Below are positions 9,884 through 18,968 of a stretch of 64,000 nt of DNA, piece by piece. The DNA is from Coprococcus sp. (GTDB taxonomy: Bacteria > Bacillota > Clostridia > Lachnospirales > Lachnospiraceae): assembly GCA_050872265.1 (NCBI GenBank), contig JBNMGN010000009.1, forward strand, positions 26,603 to 90,602. The letters run 5' to 3'. Every line of letters starts with the position of its first letter. Positions within the stretch are counted from its first letter, which is position 1. The position numbers were made by a program, and so were the translations under genes. Below the pieces are notes generated by a model. The model was not told the origin of the DNA. It did not search any database and saw only the letters and a list, made by a program, of their open reading frames with translations.

Positions 9884-10911
9884 AATATTTATTTGTCCTG
9901 ATCGCCGGAATAGTTATTTCCGTGGCAGCCATAGCTGCGTTCGTGTTAAGCAGGCATAAAAAAGAGAAATATAACGGCGGACTCAGAAGCTATGGAATGG
10001 CATTCATAAAGGACAATGAGTATCTGAAAAAGAGAAAGAGATTATATAAGGTCATAAGTACAGGGGCATTTGTAACCCTGGTGCTGGCTTTCTTAAGCTG
10101 TATGGTGCTGGCGTCAAGACCCCATACGGAAACTGAGGTAAATGAGAAGCAGTATGCCAGAGATATCATACTGTGCCTTGATATATCAACCTCCGTTGAT
10201 GACCTTAACAACAGCCTTATAGATGAGCTTATAAATACAGTAAGAAATCTTAAGGGCGAGAGGTTTGGCATAGTGATATTCAATACCTCACCGGTACTGG
10301 TGTCTCCCCTTACAGATGATTATGAATTTATCATAGAACAGCTTGAGGGCATTAAGCAGGGATTGGCGGTAAGAAAAAAATATACCGAGACCTGGATAAC
10401 ACCATGGGAATCAGATTCCTACTACTGGCTGAGTTTTATCTCTGACGGTACACTTATCGGAAATGAAGAGAGAGGAAGCTCACTGGTTGGAGACGGACTG
10501 GCAGGTGCGGTCTACAGCTTCTCCGATTCCGAGGCGGACGCAGACAGAGAGAAATTAGTTATATACACCACAGACAATGATGTGTACGGTGATGAGATAG
10601 TACCCCTTACCGACGCAGCGGAGCTCTGTAAGAAGAGGAACGTGGTGGTGTTCGGAATAGGCACGAAGATCATGGAGAACGCAGATAAGAAGGAGATGAA
10701 AGCGGCGGTGGAGAGCACCGGAGGAAGATTTTATCTCGAAGAGGAATCGGGAACCTTTGAGCAGATCGTTCAGGACATACACAACCGGAGCGTGAACATG
10801 CTGGAGGGAGATTCCTATGTGGTGGATACAGACAAGCCATTTGCAGCCTTTGTATTGCTGGTGGGTGTGCTTATGCTGTACTTTGGTACTTCAAGGATAT
10901 TAAGAAAATAA
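9859..10911 (+). CDS. VWA-domain membrane protein (BatA-like)
   Basis: N-terminal TM helices, MIDAS-like DISTS (ILCLDISTSV), C-terminal TM. The start may instead be ATG 9874. Confidence 0.8.
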   Translation: MGDTEMDIKYLFVLIAGIVISVAAIAAFVLSRHKKEKYNGGLRSYGMAFIKDNEYLKKRKRLYKVISTGAFVTLVLAFLSCMVLASRPHTETEVNEKQYARDIILCLDISTSVDDLNNSLIDELINTVRNLKGERFGIVIFNTSPVLVSPLTDDYEFIIEQLEGIKQGLAVRKKYTETWITPWESDSYYWLSFISDGTLIGNEERGSSLVGDGLAGAVYSFSDSEADADREKLVIYTTDNDVYGDEIVPLTDAAELCKKRNVVVFGIGTKIMENADKKEMKAAVESTGGRFYLEEESGTFEQIVQDIHNRSVNMLEGDSYVVDTDKPFAAFVLLVGVLMLYFGTSRILRK

Positions 10912-10951
10912 ATTATGGATGGACTAATGTGCCATCAGGGAATGACAGACA

Positions 10952-11920
10952 ATGATAATTAATCCGATTATACCTATATGGCTCATGGCTATCCTGTGTG
11001 TTGTCATGCTGATCATGAAACGCAGGGGCAGATGGGCATTTGTAAGACAGATAATAATAGTAATACTGGTATTTGCCATAAATTTAAGACCTATGCTTCC
11101 GGGAAAGACATACAAGACCGGAAGACAGGTGAGGGACGTGAACGTGCTGTTTGTGGTGGATGACACCATAAGTATGCTGGCACTGGATGGCAGGGATGAC
11201 GAGGCAAGGCTTGAGGATGTGAAGAAGGACTGCAGCTATATAATAGACAGTCTGGGAGACGCCAATTACTCAGTGCTTTCCTTTAACAATACCCCTATAA
11301 TCAGCTCTCCGTTTACCAGTGATTCGGGACATATAAGGAACTGTATCGAGGCATTGTATCCTATAGAGGATTTCTATGCAAGGGGAAGCTCCCTCAATAC
11401 TCCTAAGGAGATGATGAAGGAGATACTTTCATCAGCAGAGAGCAAATACGGCAGGAAGACCATTGTGTTCTTCATAAGCGACGGTGAGATCACAGACGAT
11501 AGTATCCTTGGTTCTTACAGTGACCTTAAGGACTATGTAGGCGGCGGTGCGGTTCTTGGATACGGAACTACAGAGGGGGCTGCCATGAAGATAAAGAACA
11601 CTTACGACGATACCTATGAATATGTGCAGGATAAGAGTGATTACCCTTACAAGAATGCCATTTCTAAGCTTGATGAGGGAAATCTCAAGCAGATCGCAGG
11701 TGATCTTGGCATAGATTATGTGCACATGGACAGCTCCGAGAGTATAGACAGTGTTCTTGAGGCGGTGAAGAAGGACAGTGCCACAGACAAGAACACCGTA
11801 AGGACAGTTGAGGAGACCATAGAGGGCTCCGTTGATATATATTATTTCTTCGCATTTGCCCTTGCAGCTATGCTGCTTACAGAGGTGATCATTGCCATCG
11901 TAAATAAGCGGAGACACTAA
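10952..11920 (+). CDS. VWA-domain membrane protein (BatB-like)
   Basis: N-terminal TM helices, VWA core VLFVVDDTISM, C-terminal TM anchor. Confidence 0.75.
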   Translation: MIINPIIPIWLMAILCVVMLIMKRRGRWAFVRQIIIVILVFAINLRPMLPGKTYKTGRQVRDVNVLFVVDDTISMLALDGRDDEARLEDVKKDCSYIIDSLGDANYSVLSFNNTPIISSPFTSDSGHIRNCIEALYPIEDFYARGSSLNTPKEMMKEILSSAESKYGRKTIVFFISDGEITDDSILGSYSDLKDYVGGGAVLGYGTTEGAAMKIKNTYDDTYEYVQDKSDYPYKNAISKLDEGNLKQIAGDLGIDYVHMDSSESIDSVLEAVKKDSATDKNTVRTVEETIEGSVDIYYFFAFALAAMLLTEVIIAIVNKRRH

Positions 11921-11921
11921 G

Positions 11922-12614
11922 GTGACTATGAAAGATATGAGTAATATAAAAGAAGACAAACAGCTTAAGAGAAAAAAACGAATAAGAAAATGGGTACTGA
12001 TAGGTGTGGCTGTTGTGCTGGTGCTTGCCATAGCTGCGGTAAGCGTATTCCTTCAGTTATACAAATATCACTATAACAAGGGAAATGAGTATTATGACAG
12101 TTACAAATACAGTAATGCCGCAGACGAGTACAACAAGGCTCTGTCATATCCGGTGCCTGACGGTGAGGAGTGTGCCATAAAGGTAAATCTTGTATTGGCG
12201 AAGATCGCACCGGTGAATTTCGATAATGTGCAGGAGGCGGATTTAAGCGACACCATAGATCTGCTTAATGATTGCATAGACCTTCTCTGTGAGGATGGCT
12301 GTGCCCACAAGAATGATGAGAACGGTCATGACAGCACAGCCCAGGAGCTTAAGGATGAGTTAGAACGGATCCTTGAGAAGCTTAAAGACCAGCAGGAGCA
12401 GGGACAGAGTGGATCGGACAGTGACGAAGATCAGGACAGCACTGGTGATGAGACCGAGGAGGATACCCGGTCGGGTGAAGGTGAGGATACCACTGAGCAG
12501 GATCCTTCTGAGAAGCAGATAGAGGATATAATAAGAGACGGCACAAAGGCACATAACAGAAGCCGTGAAGAGGATACAGGAGAGTATAATTATTATGGTG
12601 GAAAAAGTTGGTAA
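11922..12614 (+). CDS. Membrane-anchored TPR-like protein with acidic tail (BatC-like)
   Basis: One TM helix (WVLIGVAVVLVLAIAAVSVFL), a TPR-like stretch (YYDSYKYSNAADEYNKALSY) and a Glu/Asp/Ser-rich C-terminus. The track start is GTG; ATG 11928 or 11937 are alternatives. Confidence 0.55.
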   Translation: MTMKDMSNIKEDKQLKRKKRIRKWVLIGVAVVLVLAIAAVSVFLQLYKYHYNKGNEYYDSYKYSNAADEYNKALSYPVPDGEECAIKVNLVLAKIAPVNFDNVQEADLSDTIDLLNDCIDLLCEDGCAHKNDENGHDSTAQELKDELERILEKLKDQQEQGQSGSDSDEDQDSTGDETEEDTRSGEGEDTTEQDPSEKQIEDIIRDGTKAHNRSREEDTGEYNYYGGKSW

Positions 12615-14415
12615 TAAAAACAGACAGCGTGTGGACAGCATAAGACAACTTATGAAGGAGAGAGGCATAGATGCATACATTATCAGGTCGGATGATTTTC
12701 ACGGCTCTGAGTATGTGGGAGATTATTTCAAGTGCCGCCAGTATGTGTCCGGCTTTGACGGCTCTGCAGGAAGCGTAGTCATAACGGCAGATGAGGCTGT
12801 GCTCTGGACTGACGGAAGATATTTCTTACAGGCTGAGGAACAGCTTAAAGGCACAGGGATAGAACTGTACAGACAGGGAGTGGCAGGGGTTCCGGACATA
12901 CCTGCATATCTGTCAGAGCATGTAGGTGACGGCGGTGTTATAGCCTATGACGGAAGGACTGTAAGTGCCGGCTTCCGGGATATGATCATGGCAGCCTTTA
13001 AGGACAGACAGATAAATATGATAGATGACATAGATCTTGTTGGGGTGATATGGAATGACCGGCCTGCCATGAGTGCCGAGAAGGTGTGGATCCTTCCTGA
13101 GAAGTACTCAGGCATGAAGACAGCAGACAAGCTGGCAACCGTAAGGATGGCTATGAAGGAGGCCGGGGCTGATGCGCATCTGATAGCTTCCCTTGATGAT
13201 ATTGCATGGATATACAATATCCGCGGAGGAGATATAAGCTATAATCCGGTGGCACTGGCATATACTGTAATTTATGAGGATAAGGCAGTTCTCTATATCA
13301 ACAGGAGCATAGTTGATACAGAGGTGGCTGCGGTACTGGCAGAGGACAATGTGGAATTAAGGGATTACGATCAGGTCTACGATGACTTAAAGAAGCAAGA
13401 CCTGGGCACTGTGGTACTGGTTGATAAGGCAACAGTCAACGTGGCTCTTATATCAGCTATAAATAAAAACACCCGCATTGTATATCACGACAATCCTTCA
13501 AAGCTTCTTAAGGCAGTTAAAAATCCTACAGAGACAGATAATGAGAGAAAGGCACATTTGCTTGATGGCATTGCCCTTACAAAGCTTATATACTGGCTTA
13601 AGAAGAATTATGAATCTGATGAGTTTAACAGAGGTGAGATCACGGAAATGTCTGTGGCAGAGAAGCTTCTTGATTACAGGAAGAAAGGGGAAGGCTTTAT
13701 AGAAGAAAGCTTTGCACCTATCATAGCCTCCGGTGCCCACGGAGCCATTGTCCATTATGAAGCCACAGAGGAAACGGATATCCCGCTGTGTAAGGATAAT
13801 TTCGTCCTTATGGATACCGGCGGACAGTACCTTTACGGAACCACGGACGTAACCAGAACCGTGGCACTTGGCGAGCTTACCTATGAGCAGAAGCTTAATT
13901 ATACGGCAGTGCTAAAAGGGCATCTTGCCCTTGGGGCAGCTAAGTTCAAGGCAGGAACCACAGGAGTGAACCTGGATCATCTTGCCAGGGCTCCCCTTCA
14001 CAGGCTGGGACTTGATTATAACCATGGTACGGGACATGGAGTGGGATACCTTTTAAATGTCCATGAGGGTCCTAACGCCATAAGACCTAGAGAGAAGAAC
14101 AGCTCAGGAACAGCATTTGTCCCGGGCATGATCACCTCTAACGAACCGGGAGTATATATTGCCGGTGAGTATGGAATAAGAACAGAGAATATGATATTGT
14201 GTAGAAAAGCAATGGAGACAGATATGGGGGAGTTCTACGATTTTGAGACCCTCACACTGGTTCCTTACGACATATCGGCAATACTGGTGGAAAAGCTCAA
14301 CTCAGATGAACGCTGCCTGCTTAACGATTATCATCGCAGAGTTTATCTTATGCTGTCGCCATACCTTGAGGATGACGAAAGAGAGTGGCTTAAGGAAGCC
14401 ACCGCACCGGTATAA
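12595..14415 (+). CDS. Xaa-Pro aminopeptidase (M24B, aminopeptidase P family)
   Basis: Creatinase-like N-domains plus an M24 core with metal ligands in context (VLMDTGGQY, DVTRT, GHGVG, SNEPG, IRTEN). Start taken as ATG 12595; the track start 12565 is GTG. Confidence 0.85.
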   Translation: MVEKVGNKNRQRVDSIRQLMKERGIDAYIIRSDDFHGSEYVGDYFKCRQYVSGFDGSAGSVVITADEAVLWTDGRYFLQAEEQLKGTGIELYRQGVAGVPDIPAYLSEHVGDGGVIAYDGRTVSAGFRDMIMAAFKDRQINMIDDIDLVGVIWNDRPAMSAEKVWILPEKYSGMKTADKLATVRMAMKEAGADAHLIASLDDIAWIYNIRGGDISYNPVALAYTVIYEDKAVLYINRSIVDTEVAAVLAEDNVELRDYDQVYDDLKKQDLGTVVLVDKATVNVALISAINKNTRIVYHDNPSKLLKAVKNPTETDNERKAHLLDGIALTKLIYWLKKNYESDEFNRGEITEMSVAEKLLDYRKKGEGFIEESFAPIIASGAHGAIVHYEATEETDIPLCKDNFVLMDTGGQYLYGTTDVTRTVALGELTYEQKLNYTAVLKGHLALGAAKFKAGTTGVNLDHLARAPLHRLGLDYNHGTGHGVGYLLNVHEGPNAIRPREKNSSGTAFVPGMITSNEPGVYIAGEYGIRTENMILCRKAMETDMGEFYDFETLTLVPYDISAILVEKLNSDERCLLNDYHRRVYLMLSPYLEDDEREWLKEATAPV

Positions 14416-14482
14416 CGGTCAGAGTTTAAAGCTATAGCTTAAGGACAGACTGCCACAAATATATCAGAAGATTGGGGAGAAT

Positions 14483-16336
14483 ATGGAAACAAGAAAACAG
14501 ATGAAGAAGAATGCCAGAGGTGCCATAAAAAGACACCATCTGATATATATAATCGCCTGCTTTTTTGCAGCTATAATAGGTACAGAGTTCGCAGGCTCCC
14601 TGCAGTTGTTCAGGCAGTCAAGCGATGATATAAGTATTCTTCAGATAAGCTACAACGGTGCCATCATAAACAACCAGAATTTCTATGATATCCTGATAGA
14701 CGATTATCAGGAAAGGGCACAGAATTATGATGAGAGCGTTGCCAACAGAGACCCGGACAGTCCGGTGAACAAGATCCTTGACAGGAAGAACGGAGTCCTT
14801 GCCACTATGGTAAATGGAATTTCTTCCGGATCATTCTTTGTAACCATACTGGTGGCTATCAGAAATATCACAGGCTCAAAGAGCATAGCGGCAGGAATAT
14901 TCATCTTCGGAGTTGCAGTATTGCTGTTCTTCTTCTGGGCATTTATCAAGAATGTCTACAGAGTTGCCATGCGAAGGATATTTCTTGAGGGTGTAAGCTA
15001 TGATAAGGTTCCCCATCAGAGATTTCTTTATGTATTTCGTGTAAAATGTGTGCCTGACATAGCTGTGACCATGTTTGTACTGGCAGTGTATAAGTTCTTC
15101 TGGTCACTTACCATCATAGGTATAGCCATCAAGCACTATTCATATCTCATGGTTCCTTATATTGTTGCGGAAAATCCCAAGATCCCGCCGAGAACAGCCA
15201 TCAAGCTGTCCAGGGAAATGATGAAGGGACATAAGCTGCAGTACTTCTGGAATGATATTACCTTCTGGGGCTGGTTCGTCCTTGATGTATTGACCTTTGG
15301 CATATCCAGGATCGTATTTACAAATGCATACAGGACCGCATACTTTGCTGAGTGCTATAAAAATCTGAGACAGGACGCAAAGGAACGGGGACTTACAGGC
15401 TCCGGGTATATGAACGATAAGTATCTGTTTGAAAAGGCTCCTATGGAGTTGTTAGCCAGAGAGTATGCCACTATCGAGAGACTTAAGGAACGTATCGGAC
15501 ATATGCCTGAGGTGTTCACCCATGGAGTCAGGGGCTTCATGGCCAAGTGGTTCGGAATATCCCTTGCCAGCCAGGCTGAGAGTGATGCCTATGCAGATTA
15601 CAGGATAAATAAAGTAAGGGTAGACCGCTACAGAGCAGAGATGGAACAGCAGGCATATCCTACAAGGCTTCATCCTATACCTGAGAAGCTGAAGAATTTC
15701 AAGGTCACCCAGATAAACTACATGAAGCTCTACAGCGTCACATCAATAATACTGTTGTTTTTCTCCTTCTGTATCACCGGATGGGTGTGGGAGGTACTGC
15801 TCCATATCTATTACGACGGACAGATAATCAACAGAGGCTTCACCCATGGACCGTGGCTTCCTATATACGGAGTGGGTGGTGTCATAATCATTACACTTTT
15901 AAAGAAGTTCAGGGACAGACCTGTGCTTGAATTTCTTGTGTCATTTGTACTCTGCGGATTTATAGAGTACTTTACTGCCTGGATCCTTGAAACTGTAAAT
16001 GGCGAGAAATGGTGGGATTATTCCGGCTATTTCTTAAATCTTGACGGCAGGATATGCGCGGAGGGACTGCTGGTATTTGCCGTTGGAGGCTGTACCGTGG
16101 TATATCTGGTGGCACCGCTCCTTGACGCATTCTATAAACGTATAGACAAAAGGCTCGCAACAGCTGTATGTGTTGTGCTTCTTGTGGTATTTTTCGCAGA
16201 CTGCTGTTACTCATTTAAACACCCGAATACCGGAAAGGGAATAACCGATTATGAAGAAGTATCATATAATAGTGAATGCTGCATCCCGCAGTGGCAATGG
16301 GAAGAAGATATACAGTGCCGTGAGGCAGTATCTTAA
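14483..16336 (+). CDS. Polytopic membrane protein: DUF975-like N-terminal half fused to a CmpB-like (PF06541-type) C-terminal half
   Basis: 617 aa. The C-terminal motif GWVWEVLLHIYYDGQIINRGFTHGPWLPIYGVGG is characteristic of the 'putative ABC-transporter type IV' family. The last ~29 codons overlap a lipid-kinase remnant in another frame. Confidence 0.6.
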   Translation: METRKQMKKNARGAIKRHHLIYIIACFFAAIIGTEFAGSLQLFRQSSDDISILQISYNGAIINNQNFYDILIDDYQERAQNYDESVANRDPDSPVNKILDRKNGVLATMVNGISSGSFFVTILVAIRNITGSKSIAAGIFIFGVAVLLFFFWAFIKNVYRVAMRRIFLEGVSYDKVPHQRFLYVFRVKCVPDIAVTMFVLAVYKFFWSLTIIGIAIKHYSYLMVPYIVAENPKIPPRTAIKLSREMMKGHKLQYFWNDITFWGWFVLDVLTFGISRIVFTNAYRTAYFAECYKNLRQDAKERGLTGSGYMNDKYLFEKAPMELLAREYATIERLKERIGHMPEVFTHGVRGFMAKWFGISLASQAESDAYADYRINKVRVDRYRAEMEQQAYPTRLHPIPEKLKNFKVTQINYMKLYSVTSIILLFFSFCITGWVWEVLLHIYYDGQIINRGFTHGPWLPIYGVGGVIIITLLKKFRDRPVLEFLVSFVLCGFIEYFTAWILETVNGEKWWDYSGYFLNLDGRICAEGLLVFAVGGCTVVYLVAPLLDAFYKRIDKRLATAVCVVLLVVFFADCCYSFKHPNTGKGITDYEEVSYNSECCIPQWQWEEDIQCREAVS

Positions 16337-16355
16337 GAGCAATATTTACCTGTAA
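16251..16355 (+). pseudogene. 5' fragment (34 codons) of a DAGK-type lipid kinase (YegS/BmrU/DagK family)
   Basis: ATG preceded by aaaggga. Translation MKKYHIIVNAASRSGNGKKIYSAVRQYLKSNIYL* matches the N-terminal xIIVNPxSGxGK pattern of this family but stops where the catalytic domain should continue. Confidence 0.5.
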
Positions 16356-16358
16356 AGT

Positions 16359-16408
16359 GAAAATGTGATAAAAATGACGAAAATGCGTGTGAAAATGTCG
16401 CATAAATG
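16359..16408. promoter_or_regulatory. Five helically phased A-tracts (A3-5TG), likely an intrinsic bend upstream of the GGDEF gene promoter
   Basis: AAATG ends at 16365, 16376, 16385, 16397 and 16408 (spacings 11, 9, 12, 11). A TGgTATACT extended -10-like box follows at about 16424-16432. Confidence 0.4.
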
Positions 16409-16487
16409 GTATTTTTCAGGTATATATGGTATACTTAAGTGTAATGTTGTGTAGCATGTCCTACGAAGTGTACAATGGAGAAAATTC

Positions 16488-17594
16488 ATGGAAGAACAAA
16501 ACAAAAAAAGAGAGTATAAACCTATAGATCTGAGGACCATGGAGACATTGATATGTATCATGGTCATTGTAGTACATTTTTCTACTATATTTTTCTATGC
16601 CCACGATAAAGTATATGTGATGGTGGTGTCTAACATAATATCCATATCAGCATATGTGATACTGTATCTGGGACTCTGGAGAAGAAATTATGATCTGAGC
16701 TTTATTGCCCATGTCTATTTTATAAGTCAGGTACATTCCCTGTTTGGATGTGCATATCTTGGCTGGCGTTTCAATTATTACATGTATTGTATAAGTATCA
16801 TTGCAATCTCCGTATTTGTTTTCTACATGTATAACGGCACATGTAATATGATAAAGGTCGTCGCATTTGTGAATATCGGTATTCTGGCACTTCTTGGAGT
16901 CATAAGGTATCTGGATATAAAGTATCCTGACCATCCTTATGAGAAGAACGAGAAGCTGGTGGAGGAGATATCAACCTACAATGTGTTCATGTGTTCCATG
17001 TTCATTGTGATAATAACTCTCATAATGATCCAGAGTATGGTGTACAACAATAAGGTTATGGAACAACAGGCGAAGCAGCTTGAGTACATGACGGATTATG
17101 ATGATCTCACCAAGCTTAAGTCCAGAAGAAATCTTGAACAGTACATAAGAAATTATATGTATGAAATGAGGAACGGTGACAAGAATGAGCTTACCCTTGC
17201 CCTTGGAGACATAGATGATTTCAAGCATGTAAATGATACCTACGGACATCAGTGCGGTGACGAGGTACTGGTAAAGATCGGTGAGATACTTAACGACAAT
17301 CCTGCAGATGTGTGCAACTGCGGCAGGTGGGGCGGTGAGGAGATACTTATCGCATTTCCTATGGATTACGAAAACAGTGTAGAAAAGCTTAAAGAACTGT
17401 GTGGAAGGGTGTCTGACCATACCTTCGAGCACGACGGCACACAGTTTAATGTTACAATGACTTTCGGTATAGTAAAGGCAAATACTGAGATGACCTACGA
17501 TGAGCTTCTGGGACGGGCTGACAAGCTTTTATACCACGGCAAGACCCATGGCAAGAACCAGGTATGTACCGTGGACATTGTGAATAAGAAATAA
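16488..17594 (+). CDS. Membrane-bound diguanylate cyclase (GGDEF domain, GGEEI variant)
   Basis: About 6 N-terminal TM helices. GGDEF-domain motifs LALGDIDDFKHVNDTYGHQCGDEVL and RWGGEEILIAF. Confidence 0.8.
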   Translation: MEEQNKKREYKPIDLRTMETLICIMVIVVHFSTIFFYAHDKVYVMVVSNIISISAYVILYLGLWRRNYDLSFIAHVYFISQVHSLFGCAYLGWRFNYYMYCISIIAISVFVFYMYNGTCNMIKVVAFVNIGILALLGVIRYLDIKYPDHPYEKNEKLVEEISTYNVFMCSMFIVIITLIMIQSMVYNNKVMEQQAKQLEYMTDYDDLTKLKSRRNLEQYIRNYMYEMRNGDKNELTLALGDIDDFKHVNDTYGHQCGDEVLVKIGEILNDNPADVCNCGRWGGEEILIAFPMDYENSVEKLKELCGRVSDHTFEHDGTQFNVTMTFGIVKANTEMTYDELLGRADKLLYHGKTHGKNQVCTVDIVNKK

Positions 17595-17659
17595 AAGTCT
17601 GATGAGATATAGACATAGACAGAAATAGAAATACCATGTGAGAAAGGAACATCATCAAA

Positions 17660-18946
17660 ATGGAAAACAACTATTCAATCAACACAAAATGCGTACAGGG
17701 AGGTTATACACCGGGAAATGGTGAGCCAAGACAGATACCTATATATCAGTCAACAACCTTCAAATACAACACCAGCGAGGATATGGGCAGGCTCTTCGAC
17801 CTTGAGGCGGATGGATACTTCTATTCAAGACTTGCAAATCCTACAAATGATTATGTGGCAAAAAAGATCGCTGAGCTTGAGGGCGGTACAGCGGCAATGC
17901 TCACATCATCAGGACAGGCAGCTAACTTCTTCGCACTTTTTAACATCTGTGAGAACGGAAGCCATATAGTATCATCAGCCTCTATCTACGGCGGAACCTT
18001 CAACCTTATTGAAGTGACCATGAAGAAGATGGGAATTGACGTGACATTTGTGGAGCCTGACTGTACAGAGGAAGAGCTTAATGCAGCATTTAAGGAGAAC
18101 ACAAGAGCAGTGTTTGGCGAGTCCATTGCCAATCCGGCACTTACAGTCCTTGACATAGAAAAATTCGCTAAGGCAGCCCATGCTCACGGCGTGCCGCTTA
18201 TAGTAGACAATACATTCCCTACACCTGTGAACCTGCGTCCTATTGAGTGGGGAGCAGATATAGTTACCCATTCCACCACAAAGTATATGGACGGACATGG
18301 TGCGGCCTTGGGTGGTGCTATTGTGGATGGCGGTAAGTTTGACTGGATGGCACATGCAGACAAGTTCCCCGGACTCTGTACACCGGATGATTCCTACCAT
18401 GGTATCACATATGCAGAGAAGTTCGGCAAGGAAGGTGCATTCATCACAAAGTGTACAGCACAGCTTATGAGAGATTTCGGTTGTGCCCAGTCACCACAGA
18501 GTGCATTTATCCTTAATCTTGGTCTTGAGTCATTACATGTGCGTATGCCTAGACATGTGGAGAACGGACAGGCTGTTGCCGAGTTCCTTGAGGCAAATGA
18601 CAAGGTCCTCTACGTTAATTATCCGGGACTTCCATCATACAAGTACTACGATATAGCTAAGAAGTATATGCCAAATGGCGGCTGCGGAGTAGTATCCTTT
18701 GAGGTAAAGGGTGGACGTGAGGCAGCAGAGAAGTTCATGAAGAACCTTAAGCTTGCGGCAATAGAGACCCATGTAGCCGACGCAAGGACATGCTGTTTAA
18801 ATCCTGCCACATCAACCCACAGACAGATGAACGATGAGCAGCTTAAGGCAGCAGGTGTTCCGGCAGGACTTATAAGGATATCCTGTGGCCTTGAGGACAA
18901 GAATGATCTTATAGCAGACCTTAAGCAGGCATTGGACGCTATATAA
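17660..18946 (+). CDS. metY: O-acetylhomoserine/O-acetylserine sulfhydrylase (PLP-dependent, Cys/Met metabolism family)
   Basis: 428 aa. PLP-lysine context HSTTKYMDGHG; N-terminal IYQSTTF; C-terminal IRISCGLED. Confidence 0.85.
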   Translation: MENNYSINTKCVQGGYTPGNGEPRQIPIYQSTTFKYNTSEDMGRLFDLEADGYFYSRLANPTNDYVAKKIAELEGGTAAMLTSSGQAANFFALFNICENGSHIVSSASIYGGTFNLIEVTMKKMGIDVTFVEPDCTEEELNAAFKENTRAVFGESIANPALTVLDIEKFAKAAHAHGVPLIVDNTFPTPVNLRPIEWGADIVTHSTTKYMDGHGAALGGAIVDGGKFDWMAHADKFPGLCTPDDSYHGITYAEKFGKEGAFITKCTAQLMRDFGCAQSPQSAFILNLGLESLHVRMPRHVENGQAVAEFLEANDKVLYVNYPGLPSYKYYDIAKKYMPNGGCGVVSFEVKGGREAAEKFMKNLKLAAIETHVADARTCCLNPATSTHRQMNDEQLKAAGVPAGLIRISCGLEDKNDLIADLKQALDAI

Positions 18947-18968
18947 AATTTAGCAGGATCAACTGGAA

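Noticed and set aside
7504-12614. The MoxR-VWA cluster as a novel anti-phage or conflict system.
   Set aside because: Gene content and order match the widespread Bat-like MoxR/DUF58/VWA/TPR operon. No effector domain (nuclease, protease, TIR, pore-former) is present. It is kept as a moderate-interest known-but-obscure system only.
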